A program made the translations under genes and the position numbers. The notes below the pieces were generated by a model, which worked only from the letters and a program-made list of their open reading frames with translations, did no database searches and was not told where the DNA came from. 64,000 nucleotides of DNA from Pseudomonadota bacterium (lineage in GTDB: Bacteria; Myxococcota; JACRCW01; JAFGSX01), in the NCBI GenBank assembly GCA_043821645.1, contig JBDRCO010000101.1, positions 32,001 through 96,000 on the forward strand, read 5' to 3'. Positions 27,343 through 36,271 of this stretch are shown one piece after another. The stretch's first letter is position 1. Each line of letters begins with the position of its first letter.

Positions 27343-28692
27343 TCATGCTTCGATGTCGCGCTGGTGCTTGACCACGCCGGTCTTGTAGGCGGCGTCGGCC
27401 ACCGCCTTTGCCACGGCCTCGTGCAGTTCCTTCTTGAGCAGGCTCGGCACCAGATCACCCTCGGCGGCGTGCTCGGCGATGACGGTGGCGGCGGCGATCT
27501 TCATCAGGTTGTTGACGCGGGTGGCTCGCGCCATCAGCGCGCCCTTGAACAGGCCCGGGAACGCGAGCGCATTGTTGACGCCCTTGCCATCTGCCGCGAA
27601 GGCTGCTCCGGCCTCGATGGCGTCGTCGGGGGAGATCTCGGGATCGGGGTTGCTGAGCGCGAGGATCACCTGCTTGGGCTGCACCAGCTCGGGCTTGATC
27701 AAACCGGGCACACCGGTGGTGGCGATGACGATCTTCGACTCCTTCATCACCCCGGCCAGATCCGTCGCGTTCCCTCCGCCATCCGAGAAGCGCTTGAGGG
27801 CACCCTCGTTGATGTCGGTGCCGCAGATCGTCTGCACCCCGTAGGCCTTGAGCAGCTTGAAGATACCCATGCCGGCAGCGCCAAGACCGATGATGCCCAC
27901 GTTCGATTTCTTGAGGTTGATGTAGGTGTAGCGGGCGATGTTGAGCAGAGCGGCGAGCACCACCACGGCCGTGCCGTGCTGGTCGTCGTGCACCACCGGG
28001 ATGTCCAGGATCTGGTCGAGCTGGTTCTCGATCTCGAAACATTCCGGAGCGCGGATGTCCTCGAGCTTGATGGCGCCGAAGGTGGGGGCGATCGCCTTGA
28101 CCGCCTGGATGATCACCTCGGGGTCCTTGCTGTCGATCAGGATGGGGATACCGTTGATGTCGGCGAGCAGCTTGAACAGCAGCGACTTGCCTTCCATGAC
28201 GGGCATGCCCGCCACGGGGCCGATGTCACCGAGCCCCAGGATCGCCGTGCCGTTGGTCACGATGGCCACGGTGTTGGGGATGCCCGTGTACAGGTAGGCC
28301 AGCTCGGGGTCCTTGTGGATCTTGCGGCAGATGCTGGCCACGCCGGGCGTATAGACCAGCCCCAGGTCATCGATCGACTGCACGGCCACGCGGGGCTGGA
28401 TCTCGATCTTTCCACCGCGATGCACCTCTTGCACCACATCCTTGGTGTCGATGAGGTTGACACCCTCCATGCGGCGCACATCGTCGCAGATCTGGTCGAA
28501 CACCTCCTCGGAACGGACCCAGATGTCGACGTCGCGGATCTTGTAGTTCTTGCCCATGGAGACCGAGCGGATCTCACCGAAGGCGCCGCCGTGGCTGGCC
28601 ACCATACTGGCAAAGGCACCCAGGCTACACGGGACGTGCGTGAACTTGATGCGTGCGCGCTTGATGATGCGAATGGCGGATTCGTGCTTCAT
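27343..28692 (-). CDS. NAD(P)-dependent malic enzyme with N-terminal ACT-like domain
   Basis: YTPGVA, GTAILGLGDIG, PVMEGK, LEDI.APECF, HDDQHGTA, GLGAAG, ALSNPDPEI and NNALAFPG motifs. Confidence 0.95.
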   Translation of the reverse strand: MKHESAIRIIKRARIKFTHVPCSLGAFASMVASHGGAFGEIRSVSMGKNYKIRDVDIWVRSEEVFDQICDDVRRMEGVNLIDTKDVVQEVHRGGKIEIQPRVAVQSIDDLGLVYTPGVASICRKIHKDPELAYLYTGIPNTVAIVTNGTAILGLGDIGPVAGMPVMEGKSLLFKLLADINGIPILIDSKDPEVIIQAVKAIAPTFGAIKLEDIRAPECFEIENQLDQILDIPVVHDDQHGTAVVVLAALLNIARYTYINLKKSNVGIIGLGAAGMGIFKLLKAYGVQTICGTDINEGALKRFSDGGGNATDLAGVMKESKIVIATTGVPGLIKPELVQPKQVILALSNPDPEISPDDAIEAGAAFAADGKGVNNALAFPGLFKGALMARATRVNNLMKIAAATVIAEHAAEGDLVPSLLKKELHEAVAKAVADAAYKTGVVKHQRDIEA

Positions 28693-28860
28693 CGAGGACT
28701 CCGGTACCCCCTGCAGCGGGAGCGTCGCAAAGATAGCTCTCTGCGAGGTCCGCACAAGCGTCGCCTGGACGAAATGGCAGGATTCCCTCTCGGTGATGCG
28801 TGGCACTTGCGCGGGGAGCGTGGACCGCTAATCTTGTCCTGCAATCCTTGTAGCGGGGGG

Positions 28861-29856
28861 GTGGTGCAGACTTCAGACAAACGACGCCTGGCGAGACGTT
28901 ATCCCTGTGAGATCGACGTCGAGCTCCATCTTCAGCAACAGCGGCTGTCGGCACGCACCGTCGACGTCAGCCGCCACGGTCTGTTCGTGAGCATGGCGGA
29001 GCCACCAGCCGAGAACCGGGTGGTGTTCCTGACACTGATGGTTCCGGGTGAGAAGCTCGAGACCATGGCGGTGGTCACCCACCGCAAGCTCGAGCCTTCC
29101 AGGGATGAAAGAGGGGCGGGATTCAAGTTCTTCGCCATGTCGCAGGAGGCCCTGCAGCGCTGGGAGAGCTTCCTGGCGAGCCTGGGCAGCGGGCACAGCG
29201 TGCTGCCGCAGCCTCAGGGGGAGGATCGCATCGGCGCCGCCGTGGCCACCTTCTTCATCCAGCTCGACAGCGCGATGGACATGTTCAACTTCTTCGAGCG
29301 CCACGTGGCCAGAGGCGAGATCGTCCGGGTGACCCCGCCAGTCCGCGAGCTCGGTGCCGAGGTCACCATCCTGTTCGTGCACCCGACCACCCAGGAGGAA
29401 TTTTCCCTCAAGGCTCTCGTCGAGGAGCTCTATGCGGACAACCCGCTGCGCATGGGGATCCGCTTCCCTCCTTTGGATCCGGAATTGCGCCGCGCCTTTT
29501 TGCGCTTCCTCGGGCCGAGTGCGGTGGTGGGATCCGATGGCAGCAGCGGGGCCATGCCGCTGCTGGCTGCCGCGCGCAAGGGCTGGACCGAGTACGCCTT
29601 CTTCTCTCCAAAGGTGACCCGGACTCCGGTCGAACCCGAGGTGCGGACCCTGGTGGCCTCGGATGCAAGCCTGCTTTCGATGGAGGGTGCGGACGTCGAT
29701 CTCTCTGATCTGATGGCGACAACTGCCGAGCCCGAAGACGACTTCGATATTGACGTGGTGATGGGGGACGTTCTCGAGTTGCCCGAACTCGAGCATGTGG
29801 ATCCGAAGATGCTGTTCGACTTCGACTGGTTGAAAGGCAACCGCGAGAACAGCTAG
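28861..29856 (+). CDS. Tandem PilZ-domain protein
   Basis: RRLARR (RxxxR) and DVSRHG (DxSxxG) in domain 1. A second degenerate PilZ ends in MGIRF. Acidic tail. Confidence 0.85.
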   Translation: MVQTSDKRRLARRYPCEIDVELHLQQQRLSARTVDVSRHGLFVSMAEPPAENRVVFLTLMVPGEKLETMAVVTHRKLEPSRDERGAGFKFFAMSQEALQRWESFLASLGSGHSVLPQPQGEDRIGAAVATFFIQLDSAMDMFNFFERHVARGEIVRVTPPVRELGAEVTILFVHPTTQEEFSLKALVEELYADNPLRMGIRFPPLDPELRRAFLRFLGPSAVVGSDGSSGAMPLLAAARKGWTEYAFFSPKVTRTPVEPEVRTLVASDASLLSMEGADVDLSDLMATTAEPEDDFDIDVVMGDVLELPELEHVDPKMLFDFDWLKGNRENS

Positions 29857-30086
29857 AAGCCTCGCCCGCGCAGCATCTTCCGGTACCAGGGTTCGATGGC
29901 GAGTTCGCCGCTGAAGGCCACGGCAAAGGCCGAACCTCGATCCTCGGTGTCCGCAAACTTGATGCCTGGGGGTGGCTGCTTCAGCACGCGGCAGACCAGC
30001 AGCTTGAGGTTGTAGAAGGGATCCAGGGTTGCCAGTTCGCTCTCCGAGGGCTCCAGACTCATCCCTGCTCCGGTGTTGCGCGCCAT
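29853..30086 (-). CDS. Small hypothetical protein (77 aa)
   Basis: AGGAGGAGG RBS before ATG and coding-like codon usage. Confidence 0.6.
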   Translation of the reverse strand: MARNTGAGMSLEPSESELATLDPFYNLKLLVCRVLKQPPPGIKFADTEDRGSAFAVAFSGELAIEPWYRKMLRGRGF

Positions 30087-30192
30087 GATCGCCTCCTCCT
30101 GATCGCCAGGATTTCAGGATAGCGAGGGGGAGGGGCCAGACACATCCGCAAGTCGACCGATGTCGTGACCACCGTACACTGTCGGGTCCGCG

Positions 30193-31209
30193 CTACACCC
30201 CGAGGTAGCGAGCGCACAGGCTGCGCGCCCGCGCGGTATCGCGGGTGCCCTTGACGATGGTGCGGCCATCCTCGAACACCAAGAGCTCGACTCCGTCGAC
30301 GGACACGCGCGCCATGGCACCGAGCGGGTGAACGCTCACAGCGTCTCCGAGGCGCTGTCTGAGCACGTCAAAGTCAACTCGGACCCCTGGTGTCGGGGAG
30401 ATCTGCACCGCGTCCTGGCCACACAGGACGTCGTTCCAGCTCTGCCGGGCTGGCGTCAAGAAGTCAAAACGCCCCTCGCCACAGCATCGGCAAGCGTCCT
30501 GCCTGGGGACCTGCACCGTGCGCAGCGAGGGCGACCATGCGTCGATGAGGTGTAGCCGACCCGCAGGCTCCGGGTCTCCGACCAGCAGTCGCAGTGCGAG
30601 GCTCACCTGCACGGACGCGACGAGGGAGGGTAGGGCATTCAGCACCCCCACCGTGTCACAGGTGGGCTGGCTTCCTGGCATCGGAGCATCGGGCAGCAGG
30701 CAGCGCAGGCAGGGCCCCCGACCCGGCGTGATGGCCATGGCCATGCCCTCGGTGGCCACCGCGCCACCGTAAATCCAGGGTCGCGTGCGCTGCACGCACA
30801 GGTCGTTGAGAAGGTAGCGGGTCTCGAAGTTGTCACAGGCGTCGACGACCAGATCCATGCCGTCCAGCAGCTCGGCTCCGTTGTGCAGGTTGAGATCCGC
30901 GACCCGGGGATCGAGCTCAACCTCTCGATTCACGTGCCGCAGGTGCTGACCCGCGGCCACGGCCTTGGGCGTGCCGAGATCCGCGTCCACCTCGGTGTAG
31001 AGCAGCTGGCGGTGCAAGTTGCTGCGCTCGACAACGTCGCGATCCACGAGCCTCAGGCGTCCCACACCTGCTCGCGCCAGCAGCTGTGCCTGGGTGCTGC
31101 CCAGGGCGCCGAGGCCGAGCACCAGCACGCTGGCCTGCTGGATGCGCTGCTGGCCCGGATCGCCAATCTGCGGCAGCAGGCGATGGCGTGCATGGCGGTC
31201 GATGTCCAT
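30193..31209 (-). CDS. ThiF/MoeB family adenylyltransferase
   Basis: GLGALG, DRDVVERSNLHRQ, DNFETRYLLND, CLRC, TCDTVGVL, CRCC and LCGQDAVQI motifs. Confidence 0.93.
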   Translation of the reverse strand: MDIDRHARHRLLPQIGDPGQQRIQQASVLVLGLGALGSTQAQLLARAGVGRLRLVDRDVVERSNLHRQLLYTEVDADLGTPKAVAAGQHLRHVNREVELDPRVADLNLHNGAELLDGMDLVVDACDNFETRYLLNDLCVQRTRPWIYGGAVATEGMAMAITPGRGPCLRCLLPDAPMPGSQPTCDTVGVLNALPSLVASVQVSLALRLLVGDPEPAGRLHLIDAWSPSLRTVQVPRQDACRCCGEGRFDFLTPARQSWNDVLCGQDAVQISPTPGVRVDFDVLRQRLGDAVSVHPLGAMARVSVDGVELLVFEDGRTIVKGTRDTARARSLCARYLGV

Positions 31210-31342
31210 CGGTGGGCTCCACACGGGTTCACCGGCATGCTAGCACGTCGTGACGATGGTCCACGCGCCAGGACCTGCCTATGATGCCCGCACTCCCTAG
31301 GTGGTGATCCGGGAACGGCCACACGGCCAGACGAGGTCAGAC

Positions 31343-32191
31343 ATGATCGAGAAGACTCCCACGCGCTTCGATGGCGCCGCGCGCTACGTGCTTGATGACG
31401 AGCTGGCCACGATCGTCAACATCTCCATCGCCCTGGAGATGCCGCTCCTGCTCAAGGGTGAGCCGGGCACGGGCAAGACCATGCTGGCCCACGCCATCGC
31501 CGAGCGTCTGCAGATGCCGCTCAAGGTACTCAACGTCAAGTCGAGTATGAAGCTGGTGGACGCCCTGTACCAGTACGACACCCTGACGCGTCTGAACGAT
31601 AGCCGCTTCGGGGACTCGTCGCGCGACGTGCGCCGCATCGAGGACTATATCCGCATGGGCGTCATCGGCCAGGCCTTCACCGCCGAGCACAAGGTGGTGC
31701 TGCTGATCGACGAGATCGACAAGGCAGACGCCGACTTTCAGGACGACATGCTCGATGTGCTGGATCAGATGTCCTTCGACATCCTCGAGGTGGACCGCAC
31801 CGTCCGCGCTGTGCACCGGCCCGTCATCATCATCACATCAAACGCCAAGAAGGACCTCTCGGATCCCTTTCTTGGGCGCTGCAACTTTCATCACATCGCT
31901 TTTCCGTCGGCCGAACAGATGATGCGCATCGTGCGCGTGCACTTTCCGGACGTGGCGCAGCGGCTGCTCGACGCGACGGCGAGTGCCTTCTACGAGCTGC
32001 GAGGTTTACGCGAGATCGAGAAGAAGCCAGCCACCCGGGAGCTGATCAACTGGATCCGGGCTTTGCAGACCGATCCGGATTTTGACCCGGCGCGACTGGA
32101 GCAGGGCGAGGTCCCGTTCCTGGGCTTGCTGTTCAAAAAGAGCCAGGACTTCGAGCTGGCGGCCAAGCATGCACGGCGCCAGGCGAGGTAG
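31343..32191 (+). CDS. MoxR-family AAA+ ATPase
   Basis: PLLLKGEPGTGKT, LLIDEIDKAD, IITSN and F..RC.FH.I.FP motifs. Confidence 0.93.
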   Translation: MIEKTPTRFDGAARYVLDDELATIVNISIALEMPLLLKGEPGTGKTMLAHAIAERLQMPLKVLNVKSSMKLVDALYQYDTLTRLNDSRFGDSSRDVRRIEDYIRMGVIGQAFTAEHKVVLLIDEIDKADADFQDDMLDVLDQMSFDILEVDRTVRAVHRPVIIITSNAKKDLSDPFLGRCNFHHIAFPSAEQMMRIVRVHFPDVAQRLLDATASAFYELRGLREIEKKPATRELINWIRALQTDPDFDPARLEQGEVPFLGLLFKKSQDFELAAKHARRQAR

Positions 32192-32194
32192 AGC

Positions 32195-33388
32195 GTGTTC
32201 GTCGACTTCTTCTTCACCCTGCGCGAGCGCGGTGTGCCGGCGACGCCGACGTCGTTTCTGCGCCTGCAGCAAGCCCTCGCCAGCGGGCTGGTGACCTCGA
32301 TCGACGAGTTCTATGTGGCCGCCCGGGCCATCCTGATCAAGAGCGAGCGCTTCTTCGACCTGTATGACCAGGTGTTTGCCGAGCGCTTCCGCGGCGCGAC
32401 GGTGCGGCCCGCCCGCGATCTCGAGATCGATGAGGCCGTACGTGCTTTGCTCGAGCAGTGGTTGCAGCGGCGGGACGAGCTGGCCCAGGTGCTGGGCGTG
32501 GACCCGTCGACCCTGCAGGCCATGACGCCCGACGAGCTGGTCCGCTACTTTCGCGAGCGACTGCTCGAGCAGACCGAGGCCCACGAGGGCGGCGCCTTCT
32601 GGATAGGCACCGGCGGGACCTCCCCGGTGGGACACTCCGGTTTTCATCCAGGCGGCATGCGGGTGGGAGGGCAGGGTGGCAATCTGTCCGCCGTCAAGGT
32701 GGCCCTGGATCGACGCTACAAGGACTACGCCCGCGATCGCTCGCTGGTCGATGTGCCCCTGGGCGAGGCGCTGAAGAGGCTCCGGAACATGGTTCCCAGC
32801 GGGCCGCGCGATCAGGTCGACATCGACGGGACGATCCGCGAGACCCTGCGCCAGGCCGGTGAGATCGAGATCGCGTTTGAACGGAGCCTCAAGAACCGCC
32901 TGCAGGTCGTGGTTGCCATCGACAACGGGGGCTGGTCGATGTACCCCTACATCCCCGTCGTGCAGCGCCTGTTTGGTGCAGCGCGGGCACAGTTTCGCGA
33001 TGTCCGGTTCCTGTACTTTCACAACACGGTCTACGACAGCTTGTGGGAAGACCCCACGCGCATGCGCAAGCCGGTGCGCGTCGTGGATCTGCCGCGGTGG
33101 GAGCCGGACTGCCGCTGGATCTTCATCGGCGATGCCAGCATGGCGCCCTACGAACTGTTCGAGCCCGATGGATCCATCACGTTCGAGGCCAGCTCGCCCA
33201 TCCGATCGCTGGACCGCCTGCAGGGGATCGCCGACCACTTTCAACGCGCTGTGTGGCTCAATCCCCGGCGTGCCGAGCACTGGGCCTACACGGAGAGCAT
33301 TGCGGCGATCCGGGGCATCTTTCCGATGTACGAATTGACCCTGGATGGCCTCGAAGAAGCGGTCACTGAACTCATGAAAAAACAATAA
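32195..33388 (+). CDS. VWA-domain (CoxE-like) partner of the MoxR ATPase
   Basis: WIGTGGTSP.GH.G, DNGGWSM, YFHN, GDASMAPYEL and VWLNP motifs. Starts 3 nt after the MoxR stop. Confidence 0.9.
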   Translation: MFVDFFFTLRERGVPATPTSFLRLQQALASGLVTSIDEFYVAARAILIKSERFFDLYDQVFAERFRGATVRPARDLEIDEAVRALLEQWLQRRDELAQVLGVDPSTLQAMTPDELVRYFRERLLEQTEAHEGGAFWIGTGGTSPVGHSGFHPGGMRVGGQGGNLSAVKVALDRRYKDYARDRSLVDVPLGEALKRLRNMVPSGPRDQVDIDGTIRETLRQAGEIEIAFERSLKNRLQVVVAIDNGGWSMYPYIPVVQRLFGAARAQFRDVRFLYFHNTVYDSLWEDPTRMRKPVRVVDLPRWEPDCRWIFIGDASMAPYELFEPDGSITFEASSPIRSLDRLQGIADHFQRAVWLNPRRAEHWAYTESIAAIRGIFPMYELTLDGLEEAVTELMKKQ

Positions 33389-33431
33389 AAACAGTCAGAT
33401 ATAGAATTCGACCAGCCCCGGTGAACAACGC

Positions 33432-33459
33432 TTGTGCTCCGCTACCAGAAAGCTATGGT
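33432..33459 (+). promoter_or_regulatory. Candidate sigma-70 promoter for the RRM gene
   Basis: TTGTGC-N16-TATGGT. Confidence 0.4.
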
Positions 33460-33584
33460 TCGAGGCGCTTGCCACACCAGGTCCCTACGGGGGGACCTGC
33501 GATTATGTCGGAATATGCCGTCAGCGTGTGGTGAGACAACGGGAAGCTGCAAGGCGCAGCTTAGAGACTGGGAGTAAGAGCAAG

Positions 33585-33893
33585 ATGTCGAAGAAGCTGT
33601 ATGTTGGAAATCTGGCTTGGGGAACGACCGACAGTGGGTTGCAGCAGGCCTTCGGGCAGTTCGGGGAGGTGACCGAAGCGGTCGTCGTGATGGACCGCGA
33701 ATCGGGCCGTTCGCGCGGCTTCGGTTTCGTCACGTTCTCGGATGACGGCGCGGCCATGGAAGCGGTCAATCAGATGAACGGCACCGCGCTGGACGGCCGG
33801 AACATCAAGGTCAACGAGGCCAACGAGCGGCCGCCTCGCGGCGGTGGCGGCGGCGGCGGCGGCGGCGGTGGTGGCCGGCGCGAGCGCTGGTAG
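33585..33893 (+). CDS. RRM (RNP-1) RNA-binding protein with Gly-rich tail
   Basis: RNP2 LYVGNL, RNP1 RGFGFVTF, LDGRNIKVNEA motif and GGAG RBS. Confidence 0.96.
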   Translation: MSKKLYVGNLAWGTTDSGLQQAFGQFGEVTEAVVVMDRESGRSRGFGFVTFSDDGAAMEAVNQMNGTALDGRNIKVNEANERPPRGGGGGGGGGGGGRRERW

Positions 33894-33912
33894 TTCTCTC
33901 TCGTGATAGTAG

Positions 33913-33944
33913 AAAGCGGCGCCCCTGGTGGGCGCCGTTTTTTT
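33913..33944 (+). terminator. Rho-independent terminator
   Basis: CGGCGCCC-CTGGT-GGGCGCCG followed by T7. Confidence 0.85.
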
Positions 33945-35607
33945 ATCTGCTGTCGAGCTCGACCAGCCGTGATCCGGCCGCGGGGACGACGATCGTGTCA
34001 CCTCCTTTGGGGCTGACGAGAACGGGTGCTCGCTGCCCACTGCGGAGCGACTCCCGGCCTGGACGAGCGCAGGTCGCACGCGTCGTGCCCAGATTGTGGA
34101 TCACCAGGACCGATCCTGACGTGTGGCCGCGCACGAAGGCCAGGACCTGGGGTCCGCAGTCCACCCAGCGCAAGCTGCCCTGACGCAGCGCCGGGAGGCG
34201 TCGCCGCTCTGCGATCCAGTGCCGCACCGCACTCCAGCTCGACGCCGCATCCTGAAGCTGGCTCGCCCTGGGCGCTCCACCGAGCACCGGGCCGGTGGAT
34301 GTCCAGTCCGCTGTGGACGTGCCGTCGTCACCCCAGGGGAAAGGCGTGCGCTGTGCCAGATCGCCCGGAGCGTCGCTGCCGAGCATGCCCAGCTCGTCGC
34401 CGTAGTAGATCACGGGTGTTCCAGGCAGGCTGAGCAGGATGGCGTGCGCCAGGGACAAGCGCGCCGAATCCGCGCCCAGGCGTCTGGCCAGCCGCGGCAG
34501 GTCGTGGTTGCCGGCGAAGGTGGCGTCGATGCTCTGGTTCGCATAGCTCGCCTGAGCCTCGTCAACGACCGCGCGAAGGGCCGCCGGATCCGCGTCGCGC
34601 ACGGCCTGCTCGATGGCGCGGGCGAGGGGGAAGTTGAAGGCGCCGTCGAGGCCGGGGGGGCCGCCATCGTCGCTGCCCAGGTAGCGCGCGATGGTCTGTG
34701 TGTCGGACCACACCTCGCCCAGCAGCAGCGCGGCGGGGAAGCGCTGGTGGAGCTGCCTGCCGAAGCGCCGCCACCAGTGCAGGGTTTCGGGCTGATCACT
34801 CTGACCCGCGCCACTTCCGTGCGCGATCAGGTGTCGCGCGGCATCGAGCCGGAAGCCGTCGACACCGCGCCGCAACCAGGCTGCTGCCACGTCGAGCAGC
34901 TCGCGTTCCACCTGCGGGTTTTCGAGGTTGAGATCCGGCATCCCTGGTGAGAACAGGCCGTGGTACCAGCCCGTGCTGCGCTGGTGCCAGCTCGGCGCGG
35001 TGCTCCAGGGTTGCACCCAGCCCGGATCCTGATCGCGCCACAGGTACCAGTCGCGGCGGGCGTTGTCGGTGGAGGCTGCGGATTCGCGAAACCAGGGGTG
35101 CTGATCGCTGGTGTGGTTGAGCACCAGGTCCACGACGATCCGCAAGCCGCGCTGGTGAGCCGCCTGGATCAGGGCCTCGAAGTCGTCGAGCGTCCCCAGG
35201 GCCGGAGCCACGGAGCGATAGTCGGTGACGTCGTAGCCATGATCGCTGCTCGCAGCGAACACGGGCATGAGCCACAGCGCATCCACCTCGAGGTCGTCGC
35301 CGGAGCCTGGACTGCCATCGTTGAGGGCATCCAGATGTTCGCGCAGGCCATTGAGATCGCCCAGTCCGTCCCCGTCGCTGTCCGCAAAGGAACGCACGAA
35401 GACCTCGTAGAACACGGCGCCGCGAGCCCAGTTTCGCCCTGTGTCGGCGCTCGCCGTATCGGAACCGATGGCCTCGCGGGCCGGTGCATGCTGGCACGCC
35501 GCGAGGATAATGAGCGTCAGGACGGCAGCAGATCCCACATCCTTTGGGTGGCCAATCCTTCCAGGCGGAGCGGAGCGAGTGGGGCCCGGATGGGTGCGCA
35601 ACAGCAT
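33943..35607 (-). CDS. GH13 alpha-amylase family glycoside hydrolase, probable lipoprotein (start uncertain)
   Basis: FYEVFVRSFADSDGDG.GD, HGYD, DLVLNHTS, GFRLDA, GEVW, NHD and YYGDELG motifs. Lipobox LAAC. Confidence 0.93.
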   Translation of the reverse strand: MLLRTHPGPTRSAPPGRIGHPKDVGSAAVLTLIILAACQHAPAREAIGSDTASADTGRNWARGAVFYEVFVRSFADSDGDGLGDLNGLREHLDALNDGSPGSGDDLEVDALWLMPVFAASSDHGYDVTDYRSVAPALGTLDDFEALIQAAHQRGLRIVVDLVLNHTSDQHPWFRESAASTDNARRDWYLWRDQDPGWVQPWSTAPSWHQRSTGWYHGLFSPGMPDLNLENPQVERELLDVAAAWLRRGVDGFRLDAARHLIAHGSGAGQSDQPETLHWWRRFGRQLHQRFPAALLLGEVWSDTQTIARYLGSDDGGPPGLDGAFNFPLARAIEQAVRDADPAALRAVVDEAQASYANQSIDATFAGNHDLPRLARRLGADSARLSLAHAILLSLPGTPVIYYGDELGMLGSDAPGDLAQRTPFPWGDDGTSTADWTSTGPVLGGAPRASQLQDAASSWSAVRHWIAERRRLPALRQGSLRWVDCGPQVLAFVRGHTSGSVLVIHNLGTTRATCARPGRESLRSGQRAPVLVSPKGGDTIVVPAAGSRLVELDSR

Positions 35608-35615
35608 CGCCAGGC

Positions 35616-36080
35616 TCAGAGAATGTCCAGCAGCTCGACATCGAACACCAGCGTGCCGGCCGGAGCCCCTGGGCGGCTGGGCCGCTCTCCATAGGCCAGG
35701 CGCGCCGGAATCCAGAATCGCCTGCGCTCACCCACGACCATCAGCTGCACGCCCTCGGTCCAGCCCGGGATCACTCGGTCGAGGGGAAAGGCGACGGGCT
35801 CTCCGCGCGCCACCGAGCTGTCGAACATGCGGCCATCCACGGTCCAGCCGGTGTAGTGCACGCGCACGGTGTCCGTTGCTGTGGGGTGATTGTGTCCGGT
35901 GCCGGGGCGCAGGATGCGAGAAGCCAGGCCCGAGGGTGTGCGCTCGGCATCGGCAGGTGCAGCCGCGACGTCGTCAGGTGCGGGAATGGGCGTCGCGGGT
36001 GTGGAACTCGCGCGTGGCGAGACGCAGGCTGTGGAGGCAAACACCGAGCTGGCCAGGAGGAGACCGGTGAGCTGTCGCAT
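35616..36080 (-). CDS. FKBP-type peptidyl-prolyl isomerase (lipoprotein)
   Basis: VRVHYTG, FDSS, VIPGWTEG, IP..LAYG and TLVFDVELL motifs. Confidence 0.96.
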   Translation of the reverse strand: MRQLTGLLLASSVFASTACVSPRASSTPATPIPAPDDVAAAPADAERTPSGLASRILRPGTGHNHPTATDTVRVHYTGWTVDGRMFDSSVARGEPVAFPLDRVIPGWTEGVQLMVVGERRRFWIPARLAYGERPSRPGAPAGTLVFDVELLDIL

Positions 36081-36271
36081 GGACAGGCTGTAGCACGCCG
36101 TGCGCGTCCTGGCGAGACAGGCCTGGTACACACGTCAGCGTCGGCAAGGGCGCGCTTGACCGTGCCAGCAGCGGTGTGCGACCGTCCCTTGAATCGTGAA
36201 CGCTGGATCCCGGACACCCGCCACAGAGACCCTGTGCGGTATTCCTGTCCGGGCAGGTGGAGGGCTTGCTC

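Noticed and set aside
29853-31209. ThiF plus small protein as a ubiquitin-like or RiPP system
   Set aside because: The small protein lacks a C-terminal GG and obvious beta-grasp or precursor features. No JAB, E2 or YcaO gene is nearby.
33840-33875. (GGC)n microsatellite
   Set aside because: Encodes the usual Gly-rich tail of RRM proteins and is in frame.
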